28,529 nt of DNA from a virus. Lineage: Duplodnaviria; Caudoviricetes. Positions 1 to 7,739 of this stretch are shown in pieces (position 1 is the first letter of the stretch; every line of letters starts with the position of its first letter). The position numbers and the translations under genes are program-made. Under the pieces are notes generated by a model. The model worked only from the letters and a program-made list of their open reading frames with translations, made no database searches and was not told where the DNA came from. The stretch spans positions 1 through 28,529 of IMG/VR virus record IMGVR_UViG_3300005805_000347; one strand, written 5' to 3'.

Positions 1-99
1 TGGCTATCGCCTACCTACGAACTGCTCATTGGCTCTCTGCTCTTCTCATTTGCAATGGGCATCTTCGCTATCTACATCCGCTTCTTCGACAACGATTAA
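1..99 (+). CDS. 3' end of a small membrane protein (truncated by window edge)
   Basis: Frame 1 is open from base 1 to TAA 97-99 and reads WLSPTYELLIGSLLFSFAMGIFAIYIRFFDND, with one hydrophobic stretch. Confidence 0.5.
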   Translation, partial: WLSPTYELLIGSLLFSFAMGIFAIYIRFFDND

Positions 100-124
100 C
101 CAACCAGCCCAGGAGGGCACTTCA

Positions 125-394
125 ATGTCTAACCTCAATACTCGTATCCCGGCCCCTAACACCGGCACCCTGTTCGCCAATGCTCGTCGTCCGGACAAGC
201 AGGACCCCCAGTACGTAGGTCTCGTGAACATCACCCAACCAGGTATCTACCGTGTGTCTACATGGGTCAACACCAGCAAGGCTGGCAAGCCGTACCTTAG
301 CCAGCGCTACACGCTGCAGCCCCCGGTCCAGGAGCAGCTCAACTTCGAGGTGCTCCAGCTGCCCGAGGACATCGAGCAGATGCCCGCTGCCTAA
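125..394 (+). CDS. Small phage protein, DUF736-like (NTGTLF...PxYxG...SxW...SKAGKxYLS)
   Basis: RBS AGGAGG at 111-116 precedes ATG 125; motif pattern recalled from the widespread phage DUF736-like family. Confidence 0.55.
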   Translation: MSNLNTRIPAPNTGTLFANARRPDKQDPQYVGLVNITQPGIYRVSTWVNTSKAGKPYLSQRYTLQPPVQEQLNFEVLQLPEDIEQMPAA

Positions 395-395
395 C

Positions 396-521
396 AACCA
401 CGGCCCACTGGCCACGGACAACCATCCGTGGTCAGTGGTTTATCGCTCACGAGCCGTGCTGCGTGCCCACCTGGCCATGAACCGTGCTTTATGCACAGCG
501 GACCTTGGCCCGTGGACAGGG
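396..521. repeat. Degenerate 7-bp tandem array (about NNCCRYG), including a hairpin at 405-438
   Basis: Units AACCACG GCCCACT GGCCACG GACAACC ATCCGTG GTCAGTG GTTTATC GCTCACG AGCCGTG CTGCGTG CCCACCT GGCCATG AACCGTG ... GCCCGTG; CCACTGGCCACGGA pairs with TCCGTGGTCAGTGG. Confidence 0.65.
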
Positions 522-542
522 GCTGTGGCGCAAAAACAACGA

Positions 543-823
543 TGTGTGCAATGTGTGCAGACAAATGTGTGCAGTCTGCACGCAAACTAACTCGTTGTTT
601 TTTCTACATATTTGTAAAATGTGTGCACTGTGTGCCGCGAAAAGGGGGGGTCTCCAACATCACTAAAAACATGATTTGTTTTTTTCAACAACATGTCTTT
701 TTCCTTTTTACACCAAAAATTACTGCACACACTGCACACAAATGATTTTAAAGGAAAAATTGCTGCACACATCACTGCACACAGAACTTTATTGCTGCAC
801 ACAAACCACGTTTCCTGCACACA
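543..823. other. Putative replication origin with inverted iterons
   Basis: TGTGTGCA at 543, 552, 566, 620 (TGTGTGCC at 629) and the reverse complement TGCACACA at 724, 733, 764, 776, 796, 816, around an A/T-tract-rich core; IHF-like TAACTCGTTGTTT at 588-600. Confidence 0.7.
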
Positions 824-837
824 TACCAAGCAAAACT

Positions 838-940
838 GACCACTAACCACGGTCCACTGTCAATTATCCACCCAATCTGACCCATAACCACGGTCCACTA
901 ACCTCGGTCCGTGGTTTATCAATTTATGCGCATAAACCAC
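838..940. repeat. Second 7-bp array with a 15-bp direct repeat and a 14-bp palindrome
   Basis: TAACCACGGTCCACT at 844-858 and 885-899; perfect palindrome TTTATGCGCATAAA at 923-936; inverted repeat GTGGTTTAT/ATAAACCAC at 911-940. Confidence 0.65.
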
Positions 941-963
941 CATATCCATAGGAGCCGCCTCCC

Positions 964-1212
964 GTGAAACACCTCTCTCGCCAGTCCGCCTACACCAAAA
1001 ACATCCACGAAGTGGAACTCACCGCCGAAGAAGCCAAGTGGCCTGACAGCCGTATCATTACCGCTGTCGACCTAGGAGGGCATCTGCCCGACGACCTCTG
1101 GGAAGACATCCGTACCGGCAAGGTCCACTCCGGCAACTTCGGTGGCCAGGTCTACAAGTACGTCCGTCAGGACGGCACAGCCACCGCTACTGTCACTGTC
1201 TATACCGACTGA
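964..1212 (+). CDS. Hypothetical early protein
   Basis: GTG start after AGGAG; closely followed by the next ORF. Confidence 0.7.
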   Translation: MKHLSRQSAYTKNIHEVELTAEEAKWPDSRIITAVDLGGHLPDDLWEDIRTGKVHSGNFGGQVYKYVRQDGTATATVTVYTD

Positions 1213-1223
1213 GGTACCCCACC

Positions 1224-1523
1224 ATGCCTTTCATCAAGTCTCAGCAAATCAACCAATCTGCCCAATCTGCATACCAACGGGACCTAATCTCGTTGCGCGT
1301 TTCTGTAGCTAGGCTCGCCCAGGCTGCAGAAGTCGAAACCGAAGATCTGCCCGTCTTAAAGAAACCCTACAACGTCCTCCATGACATGGCCTGTACCCAA
1401 TCCCGTGGTTGGCACCGGCTAGTCCTCCGGATCATGGACGTCATTGACCCAATAACCATTAGCAAAAGAGACAAAACCAATGTTCCCGCAACAAGTATCC
1501 CGGATCCCAACCAGCCCCTCTGA
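1224..1523 (+). CDS. Hypothetical early protein
   Basis: GAGG RBS then ATG; 99 aa. Confidence 0.65.
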   Translation: MPFIKSQQINQSAQSAYQRDLISLRVSVARLAQAAEVETEDLPVLKKPYNVLHDMACTQSRGWHRLVLRIMDVIDPITISKRDKTNVPATSIPDPNQPL

Positions 1524-1824
1524 CGTCATCTACTGCGACGGCGCACCAGTCGCCACCATCGACCAGTTCTACAACTTCGTGCTCACCACCTTCCCCAGCC
1601 CCACCCCCAACATGTGCATCGTTAGCCCAGAGCTTCCGATGAAATCCGCAGCTGGGTGGTACGTAGGGCGTTGCTGTTACAACTGGGATGCGTCCTGTAG
1701 CCGCTGGTGGTACGACAACTACGACCGCACTTCAGACTATTTCCTCACCGAATCGGACGCCGCTGACCACGCATCCTGGGCACGGTGGACGTTTGGTGAC
1801 CCACAGAACGGAGTTATGCAATGA
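1480..1824 (+). CDS. Hypothetical phage protein (SAAGWYVG...YxRxSxY motif)
   Basis: Motif recalled from other small phage proteins; ATGA overlap with the next gene. Confidence 0.65.
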   Translation: MFPQQVSRIPTSPSDVIYCDGAPVATIDQFYNFVLTTFPSPTPNMCIVSPELPMKSAAGWYVGRCCYNWDASCSRWWYDNYDRTSDYFLTESDAADHASWARWTFGDPQNGVMQ

Positions 1825-2012
1825 GTGCTGACGAAAGGGCTCGTATATTCGAGTACGTACTCGACCGCAAAAACGACGACATCAACCGCCTTGAGCGGAC
1901 AATTGAAGAGCTTAGAGACCGCAACATTCGGCACGATATGTACGTAGTCATCGCTGAAGTTCTGATATTCGCCATTGGCGTTGGCGTTGGCTACTTCCTA
2001 TCCGCCCCCTGA
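1821..2012 (+). CDS. Small coiled-coil protein with a C-terminal membrane helix
   Basis: GGAG RBS, ATGA coupling, hydrophobic C-terminus. Confidence 0.7.
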   Translation: MSADERARIFEYVLDRKNDDINRLERTIEELRDRNIRHDMYVVIAEVLIFAIGVGVGYFLSAP

Positions 2013-2044
2013 ACGCTCGCGCGTTCCGCGCGCGCGGTCAGTCC

Positions 2045-2060
2045 AATTAGTGCACTAATT
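2045..2060. promoter_or_regulatory. Perfect 16-bp palindrome; spacer variant of the ATTAG/CTAAT operator motif
   Basis: AATTAGTGCACTAATT, intergenic, 15 bp upstream of ATG 2076. Confidence 0.5.
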
Positions 2061-2075
2061 ACACGGTACTAACCA

Positions 2076-2243
2076 ATGAAACAACTTCAATTACCACTAC
2101 CACAATCCACATTCGAACGCATATTCAACAAAGCCAAAGACATCACTGACTACGTTGTCAAAAACCCAACCGATCTACTGCTCGCATTAACCCTTGTATT
2201 ACTCATCGATATTGAATCTGACATTGACCAGTTGGAGAAGTAA
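2076..2243 (+). CDS. 55-aa hypothetical protein (not in ORF track)
   Basis: Hand translation MKQLQLPLPQSTFERIFNKAKDITDYVVKNPTDLLLALTLVLLIDIESDIDQLEK; fills the gap between neighbours. Confidence 0.6.
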   Translation: MKQLQLPLPQSTFERIFNKAKDITDYVVKNPTDLLLALTLVLLIDIESDIDQLEK

Positions 2244-2245
2244 CC

Positions 2246-2404
2246 ATGCGTGAACGTAATGCTCTCAACTTAAACACTGCCCACTGGGACTGGCTCGTTG
2301 ACCACGAACACCAGCTCTCGGACCACGAATCATCGGACGTAGATCTCGAATCTACGCTCGAGGATATTAGCCGCGCTAATGCGTTGGCCGAAGAAACCAA
2401 GTAA
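2246..2404 (+). CDS. 52-aa acidic hypothetical protein (not in ORF track)
   Basis: GGAG RBS; ATG 2 bp after the previous stop; MRERNALNLNTAHWDWLVDHEHQLSDHESSDVDLESTLEDISRANALAEETK. Confidence 0.6.
   Translation: MRERNALNLNTAHWDWLVDHEHQLSDHESSDVDLESTLEDISRANALAEETK
2366..2380. promoter_or_regulatory. Operator-like palindrome ATTAGC-N3-GCTAAT
   Basis: ATTAGCCGCGCTAAT, 46 bp upstream of ATG 2427. Confidence 0.6.
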
Positions 2405-2426
2405 CTACTAACCAAGGTACACACAA

Positions 2427-3071
2427 ATGACTGTCAAAGACCAAACCTTCATCCCCAATGTCATCGGCTATATGTCCGAGAAGAACACGACCATGGGCTC
2501 CATCGCCAAGTTCGTGGAATCTCAGCCTGCAGACAACGCACTCGAGCGTATCGCGCTTGCGTTCTTCAGTTTGCAGCGTCAGCGCACAGCAGCTCAACGC
2601 GCAGAACTCGAGCAGGGCGTCCCGGTCGAGGGCCCTCCGTTCAAGCCGGAGCGCTTGCTGACCTTCGTCCAGTCCGTCATGAACGGCGTCTGTTGGGCGG
2701 CTCGCCGCTTGTACATCGCCAACGACAAGCCGGACCTCGGCAACGGCATCGACTTCTCACAAGACGTCGGTGACTGGGTCGGTGTCTACGCCAGCAACGA
2801 GCACATTCCTGCGCTCGTTGACAGTGACTTCGCAGCCCTCAACAAGCTGCACAGTCTCCTGGCTGCCAAGATGGCGTATCTGACCGAGATCTCTCCGCTC
2901 TACCACTTTGAGCAGCGAGCTCGCGATGACCACGGCAACTGGTACGTCGAAAAGACCTGCGAATCGTTCCACGAGGCTATGCCGCTCATGGACGACATCG
3001 TTCAGCGACTGCAGTCCCAGCAGGAAGCGAACGAAGTGCAGGACTTCCTGAAACAGCTGCGCGCTGCTTAA
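2427..3071 (+). CDS. Hypothetical protein, 214 aa
   Basis: Long ORF with AAGG RBS and strongly biased codon usage; followed by a terminator. Confidence 0.85.
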   Translation: MTVKDQTFIPNVIGYMSEKNTTMGSIAKFVESQPADNALERIALAFFSLQRQRTAAQRAELEQGVPVEGPPFKPERLLTFVQSVMNGVCWAARRLYIANDKPDLGNGIDFSQDVGDWVGVYASNEHIPALVDSDFAALNKLHSLLAAKMAYLTEISPLYHFEQRARDDHGNWYVEKTCESFHEAMPLMDDIVQRLQSQQEANEVQDFLKQLRAA

Positions 3072-3121
3072 CCATCAACCACAACCACTAAAGGTCAGCC
3101 GTCACCTTGACCAAGACGGCT

Positions 3122-3162
3122 AGAGCCCCCCATCCGCCACGCACGGGTGGGGGGCTTTTTTT
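3122..3162 (+). terminator. Rho-independent terminator
   Basis: GCCCCCCATCCG-loop-CGGGTGGGGGGC followed by T7. Confidence 0.85.
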
Positions 3163-3498
3163 ATGCAGACTCACCCGGAGCTCATGCGTATGCATTACTC
3201 AGAACCCGACTTCGAAGAAGACAAACTGGTCCGATCAAACGCCAACTACCGTGGGCTTTGGGCCAGTGTTCTGTTGCAAGCCATACGCGATATCGACAGT
3301 AACGAAGAAAACGAACGTCAGCCGGCAATCACGTACATCAATTCCAACTCACAGTGTTCTGGTTCATTCGAATGGGTATGCGAAATGCTAGATCTGGATA
3401 CCGAACGTATCCGGATGATGGCGTTATCGCGCGCGGGCCGACGACAGCTTCTTGGCCGCAATATCGGTAACACCAAACCACGAGCCCCTAACCACTAA
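3163..3498 (+). CDS. Conserved phage hypothetical protein (LWxxVLxQAxxD...GSFxWxCxxLxLD)
   Basis: Motif recalled from small phage proteins; the true start may be a downstream ATG after GGAG at 3177. Confidence 0.7.
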   Translation: MQTHPELMRMHYSEPDFEEDKLVRSNANYRGLWASVLLQAIRDIDSNEENERQPAITYINSNSQCSGSFEWVCEMLDLDTERIRMMALSRAGRRQLLGRNIGNTKPRAPNH

Positions 3499-3501
3499 CC
3501 T

Positions 3502-3927
3502 ATGCAAACCTTCCTTCCATACGCCAACTATGCGTACTCCGCACTGATCCTCGACTACAAGCGTCTTGGAAAACAACGCGTCGAATGCAAGCAAATCCTA
3601 TTGGCTATGCCCAAGCTCACTGGTGGATGGCGCAATCATCCAGCCACCAAAATGTGGCGCGGGCACGAGATCGAGCTCTGCCGATACGCAGCAGCAATGT
3701 GCCGCGAATGGATATCACGCGGCTATAGCGACTCGCTGCTGCCGTTTTTCGAAGACGCAATTACCCAGTACAGCTTTGACGGACGCAATGACGCACCGCC
3801 TGCCTGGCTAGGCAACGAGCAATTGCACGCGTCCCATCGCAGCAATCTGCTCCGCAAAGACCCCGAGTTTTACGGGCGTTATAACTGGACCGAACCACCG
3901 GACATTCCATACCTATGGCCGACTTAA
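3502..3927 (+). CDS. Pyrimidine dimer DNA glycosylase / endonuclease V superfamily (MSMEG_6728-like)
   Basis: MQTFLPY...LDxKRLGKQRVE..QIL...GWxNHPA..MW...EW..RGY...SHRSNLLRKDP..Y signature. Confidence 0.85.
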   Translation: MQTFLPYANYAYSALILDYKRLGKQRVECKQILLAMPKLTGGWRNHPATKMWRGHEIELCRYAAAMCREWISRGYSDSLLPFFEDAITQYSFDGRNDAPPAWLGNEQLHASHRSNLLRKDPEFYGRYNWTEPPDIPYLWPT

Positions 3928-4124
3928 CATGCATCCTCTGTCAGGAAAACACGGTGCCCGAAAAACGGGCAGACCTTGGCTATCTCTGGTGTCTTACTTG
4001 CGGTGAACAAACAGCCCGCCAAGTCAAACACACCGTGCTTCCGTTACACAAAAGTAACTACATGGTTCCGGCTAACCGAGAAGAAATCAAAGGCTTCAAC
4101 AACAAAGGAGGATTCCACCGATGA
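3915..4124 (+). CDS. Small C4 zinc-finger protein
   Basis: CxxC-x14-CxxC (CILC...CLTC) and a PLHKSNY motif. Confidence 0.7.
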   Translation: MADLTCILCQENTVPEKRADLGYLWCLTCGEQTARQVKHTVLPLHKSNYMVPANREEIKGFNNKGGFHR

Positions 4125-4390
4125 GTACTCCAAGTCTTATTTGGACTGTCGATGGCTATTACGAATTTGCCCCTGGCGAATCCGAATGCATCTTTGTATG
4201 GGGGTTCACAGATCTTACCGTAGCAGAGCAAACCAAACGCCTGCTAGAAAATCGTCACAGCCAAGCTACCTGGAGCGTAAACGCAATCATTGTTAACCGC
4301 TTTAGCGAACTTGATATTGAAATCAACGAAGTAGCAAAAATGTTCGAATCACTAACCGATGACAACAAACCACAGGACACTACCCCATGA
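4121..4390 (+). CDS. Hypothetical protein
   Basis: GGAGG RBS; ATGA overlaps on both sides. Confidence 0.75.
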   Translation: MSTPSLIWTVDGYYEFAPGESECIFVWGFTDLTVAEQTKRLLENRHSQATWSVNAIIVNRFSELDIEINEVAKMFESLTDDNKPQDTTP

Positions 4391-4659
4391 TCTGGAACCT
4401 TCGTTTCATCGAATTTCAAGATACGTTCATTGGAGAAGACGATACCTACATCGAGCTTTGCGAGGTGTATTACGAAAACGACGGCACGCCAACAGCGTAT
4501 TCAAAACCGCATCTCATATTCGAACGTCCCAACGAAATCGAGAAATTTATCGAGCGCGTTCGCCAGGCCGCCTCTAAGCCGTTCCTTACACCAAACGACT
4601 TCCCAAGACGGGAGGACACCGATGACCCGTGGCTCTGTGATTCTCAAGCCGAGGACTAA
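4387..4659 (+). CDS. Conserved phage hypothetical protein (WNxR...EVYYxxDGxP)
   Basis: ATGA coupling; motif recalled from small phage proteins. Confidence 0.75.
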   Translation: MIWNLRFIEFQDTFIGEDDTYIELCEVYYENDGTPTAYSKPHLIFERPNEIEKFIERVRQAASKPFLTPNDFPRREDTDDPWLCDSQAED

Positions 4660-4834
4660 GTACTTCGGTTGGGATTACACCAAAAACACTCAACTCCGTA
4701 TGACCGGCAAGGAGTGGCACGACTATGCCAAGCGTGAGGTATTTAACCACGATCGCGGTGATGACTCAGCCCGTGGTAATCACTGCGAGATATGGCTTGA
4801 TGGCACTGACATCAACCACAAACCACCACGATAA
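4622..4834 (+). CDS. Hypothetical protein
   Basis: GGAGG RBS before ATG 4622, an internal start of track ORF 4430..4834. Confidence 0.65.
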   Translation: MTRGSVILKPRTKYFGWDYTKNTQLRMTGKEWHDYAKREVFNHDRGDDSARGNHCEIWLDGTDINHKPPR

Positions 4835-4958
4835 GTCGTTCCTGACGCGCCTGGTCAATCGGCTCTTTAAACCTTTCAACGAATTACGGGACTACGAATG
4901 GCGTCGCGTGCCACCGCCCAACTGGGCGTGCAAACGCGGCGGATTAGATTATTGGTAA
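4800..4958 (+). CDS. Small hypothetical protein
   Basis: Fills the gap to 4965; start uncertain (the track gives 4725). Confidence 0.5.
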   Translation: MALTSTTNHHDKSFLTRLVNRLFKPFNELRDYEWRRVPPPNWACKRGGLDYW

Positions 4959-4964
4959 CTAACC

Positions 4965-5297
4965 ATGAACATCCCAAAGAACCTTCAACTACTACACAAA
5001 CACGTCAATCCTGGACAAGTCTTCCTCGATATCAACTGGACTAACAACCACGCCTTATTTGCCACGTACACAGGCGTCTCTTACATCGATCCAGTCAAGA
5101 TTAACATCGAATCTCTGCTGCCAAAACGATATGTATTACGAGTTAGACGAGCAGCAGAAGCCCGTGCTCGATCAATTGCTATGAGCGAGCCCAGGACAGT
5201 ATTAGATATTCACAAGCAGTTGAATACTGTTGAAGATGAATATCTACAATGGGCTGGAATGCACTTTGTAAATATGCGTGTTTCAGTCAACACCTAG
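4965..5297 (+). CDS. Hypothetical protein
   Basis: 110-aa ORF, tightly packed. Confidence 0.65.
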   Translation: MNIPKNLQLLHKHVNPGQVFLDINWTNNHALFATYTGVSYIDPVKINIESLLPKRYVLRVRRAAEARARSIAMSEPRTVLDIHKQLNTVEDEYLQWAGMHFVNMRVSVNT

Positions 5298-5308
5298 GAA
5301 CTAACAGT

Positions 5309-5611
5309 ATGCAAATCTCACTTACCCCAAACCAGCTCAAAGTTATTATTCAGATATCACGCGCTTTGTACCACACGCCAGACCACATGACTTCCGACGC
5401 CATTGGTTGGCGGAAAAACTACAGCAAAAGCCTTGATGTAGTGTTCGACTTAGAAGATGACGCAATCATCGCCGATTCATCTCCTGGTATGCATTTGCAT
5501 TCGTTCACTTCGACTTACCACGAGATAGCTGGAATTGCTCTCTTGAACGAACTCTCATTTCAAGACGACCATTTAAACAACAACGAATCACGAACCACTG
5601 ACTACGAATAA
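5309..5611 (+). CDS. Hypothetical protein
   Basis: AGGA RBS before ATG 5309. Confidence 0.6.
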   Translation: MQISLTPNQLKVIIQISRALYHTPDHMTSDAIGWRKNYSKSLDVVFDLEDDAIIADSSPGMHLHSFTSTYHEIAGIALLNELSFQDDHLNNNESRTTDYE

Positions 5612-5632
5612 CGCACAAAGGAACATGGAACT

Positions 5633-5932
5633 ATGTTGCTTACTGGATTCATTGCCGCTCTCGGCATGATTTTTCTTCTCATCAAATTCAACCTCAAACG
5701 CATACTTAAATACGACATCTTCTTAGACGTCGTGCTCACGTTCTTTTTCATCTGGATATTTGCCGGCACTTTTGCAGGCATGATGGCTGGCCTTGTAGCC
5801 GGCTGTCTTATCTCTGCGTTTCTTTACTTTGCAAAGAAGTCTATCCCCCAAGAAGAACTTCGCTGGGTCAAGACTAGATCGTTTCCGTATCGCAAGCTCG
5901 CCTGGGTCGAAGTCATCGACACCAGAAAGTAA
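5633..5932 (+). CDS. Small multi-pass membrane protein
   Basis: Three hydrophobic segments; FAGTFAGMMAG motif recalled from phage membrane proteins. Confidence 0.8.
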   Translation: MLLTGFIAALGMIFLLIKFNLKRILKYDIFLDVVLTFFFIWIFAGTFAGMMAGLVAGCLISAFLYFAKKSIPQEELRWVKTRSFPYRKLAWVEVIDTRK

Positions 5933-5938
5933 CGCGTT

Positions 5939-6032
5939 GCCCCTGGCTGGTAACAACGAGCCCCCTGTATTCCAGGCATGTCAGTGCAACTGGAAGACAC
6001 GTTGTTGCCAGCTGGGGGCTATGCATCTTTTT
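5939..6032 (+). ncRNA. Structured intergenic RNA or leader (long rod-like hairpin)
   Basis: 20-bp stem 5939-5958/6000-6019 with three G-U pairs; inner TTCCAG/CTGGAA stem; T5 at 6028-6032. Confidence 0.55.
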
Positions 6033-6052
6033 CACAAACCAAGGAACTACTA

Positions 6053-7051
6053 ATGCGCACTATTCGCCCGTCTCAACTCAAGTCTGAACTCAAAGCCAAC
6101 GCGCTTGCTCGCGTGCCGACCATGATCTGGGGCCCGCCAGGCCTCGGCAAATCTCAAATCGTCTATCAGTTTGCAGACGATCTGAACGCCAAAGTCTTCG
6201 AACTGCGTGCAAACCTGTTCGACCCCGTCGACGTTCGCGGCGGTCTCAAGGTTGTTGAGCAAGCTGATGGCAGTTATCGCACCCGTTACGGCGTGCCCGA
6301 AGACTATCCCGATACCAACTACACCGGCACCGTCGTGTTGCTCATCGACGAGTTGCCAAACGCACCAAAAGCCACTCAGAACGCGCTTCTGCAGTTGACG
6401 CTCGATCGCAAGATCGGCACGTACGTCCTTCCGGAAAACACAATCATCGTTGCCGCAGGCAACCGTTCGCAGGACCGAGCGGCCATCCACGAGATGCCAA
6501 CGCCGGTCAAGAACCGCTTTGCGCACTATACGCTTGAAGCAAACATCGACGACTGGGTCGCCTGGGCGCTACAGCGCAACATCGACGACAGCATCGTGTC
6601 GTTCCTTCGTTACCGACCAGGACTTCTCCACAACATGGACGCCAACGACTATGCGTTTCCGTCGCCCCGTACCTGGGAAATGGTCAACCGCAAGTTGCCG
6701 TTCATGGAAGATCAGTTCTATGGCGTGTCATCGCTTGTAGGCGACGGTCCTGCCGGAGAGTACCTGGCGCATCGCGCAATCCGCAAAGATCTTCCGGACA
6801 TCGACGATCTTATGCAGAACCCATCCACCACCCGCGTGCCTGGTGACCCGTCAACGCTTTATGCGATTGCCGGTGCACTGGCATCGCGCGTCAACCGCGC
6901 CAACTTTGACGCAATCATGCGTTACAACCGACGTATGCCTCGCGAATTCCAGGTCATCCTGGTTCGCGACTGCGTCGCCAAGGATCGTCAGCTCTTGAAC
7001 GAAAAGCCGTTTAAGGACTGGACGTCCGCCAACGTAGACGTAGTTATCTAA
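6053..7051 (+). CDS. MoxR-family AAA+ ATPase
   Basis: Walker A GPPGLGKS, Walker B LLIDE, sensor AAGN, arginine finger NRF; start moved to ATG 6053 after AAGGA. Confidence 0.9.
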   Translation: MRTIRPSQLKSELKANALARVPTMIWGPPGLGKSQIVYQFADDLNAKVFELRANLFDPVDVRGGLKVVEQADGSYRTRYGVPEDYPDTNYTGTVVLLIDELPNAPKATQNALLQLTLDRKIGTYVLPENTIIVAAGNRSQDRAAIHEMPTPVKNRFAHYTLEANIDDWVAWALQRNIDDSIVSFLRYRPGLLHNMDANDYAFPSPRTWEMVNRKLPFMEDQFYGVSSLVGDGPAGEYLAHRAIRKDLPDIDDLMQNPSTTRVPGDPSTLYAIAGALASRVNRANFDAIMRYNRRMPREFQVILVRDCVAKDRQLLNEKPFKDWTSANVDVVI

Positions 7052-7060
7052 GGAGAGACC

Positions 7061-7738
7061 ATGGCTTCCGTACGAATGACCAATGACTTACGTGACACAA
7101 TTTACAGCAAGGCTATGGAGGCTTTTAACGCAGCACGCCCTGAGCCTCAGCCGAATACATGGCTTACTGATCGTGTTAGAGACGCTGTCCTATCTTCGAC
7201 GCCGTACAAAACGTTAAAAGACGCGTTCGATCGGCAACACGGAAACGACTTCAAGTCGTTCGGTGGTCCGGTTAAAGCGATCAGCAGAGAAGACTGCACA
7301 CGACTTGTGCTCCAAAGCCGCACAGGTTTCCACAAAGGTTCAAGCCAGAACCTGACGTTTAACTTTGTGCCTGGCTTTGCACTCTATCGTCAGAACACTT
7401 GGGGCGCCCCCGAGTTGATGTTCGAAGAGCTTGGCGCTCAAGTTCAGTCGGAGCTGCTTGTCCCTTGCCAGGAAGTCGCTGAAGAGATTCAGACTTATCA
7501 TCGAAACCGCCAGGATTACCAGACCAAGGTTCGCGACCTGTTGAATCAGTGCACAACTGTAAAACAGATGCTGCTCGCCTGGCCCGCTGGCGAATCGTTT
7601 GTACCGCACGAATCCAAGACTCGCATGTACGAAAAGGTTACACGCATCCAACGTGCACAACAGATCAAGGAAGAAGTTCAGTTTGATGATTCACTCGTCA
7701 ACGAAATTGTACTGACCGCTAAACTTGTAGGAGGTTGA
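7061..7738 (+). CDS. Nmad5-like protein (nucleotide-modification-associated domain 5)
   Basis: N-terminal RMTNDLRDxI and C-terminal LLxxCTTVKQMLxxWP match the recalled Nmad5 pattern; AAGGAG RBS. Confidence 0.55.
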   Translation: MASVRMTNDLRDTIYSKAMEAFNAARPEPQPNTWLTDRVRDAVLSSTPYKTLKDAFDRQHGNDFKSFGGPVKAISREDCTRLVLQSRTGFHKGSSQNLTFNFVPGFALYRQNTWGAPELMFEELGAQVQSELLVPCQEVAEEIQTYHRNRQDYQTKVRDLLNQCTTVKQMLLAWPAGESFVPHESKTRMYEKVTRIQRAQQIKEEVQFDDSLVNEIVLTAKLVGG

Positions 7739-7739
7739 T

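Noticed and set aside
391-850. Cys-rich ORFs (428..745, 484..666, 587..850, 391..585) with CxxC-like repeats
   Set aside because: They are translations of the TGTGTGCA iterons and T-tracts, with no RBS or coding-like composition.
543-920. Possible CRISPR or mini-array, given a Cas4-like gene elsewhere in the window
   Set aside because: Repeats are 8-15 bp, irregularly spaced and in both orientations. The Cas4-like nuclease sits in an ordinary replication module with no other cas genes.
5978-6052. 25-aa N-terminal extension of the ATPase given by the ORF track
   Set aside because: It lies inside the long hairpin, and ATG 6053 has the RBS and a typical family N-terminus.
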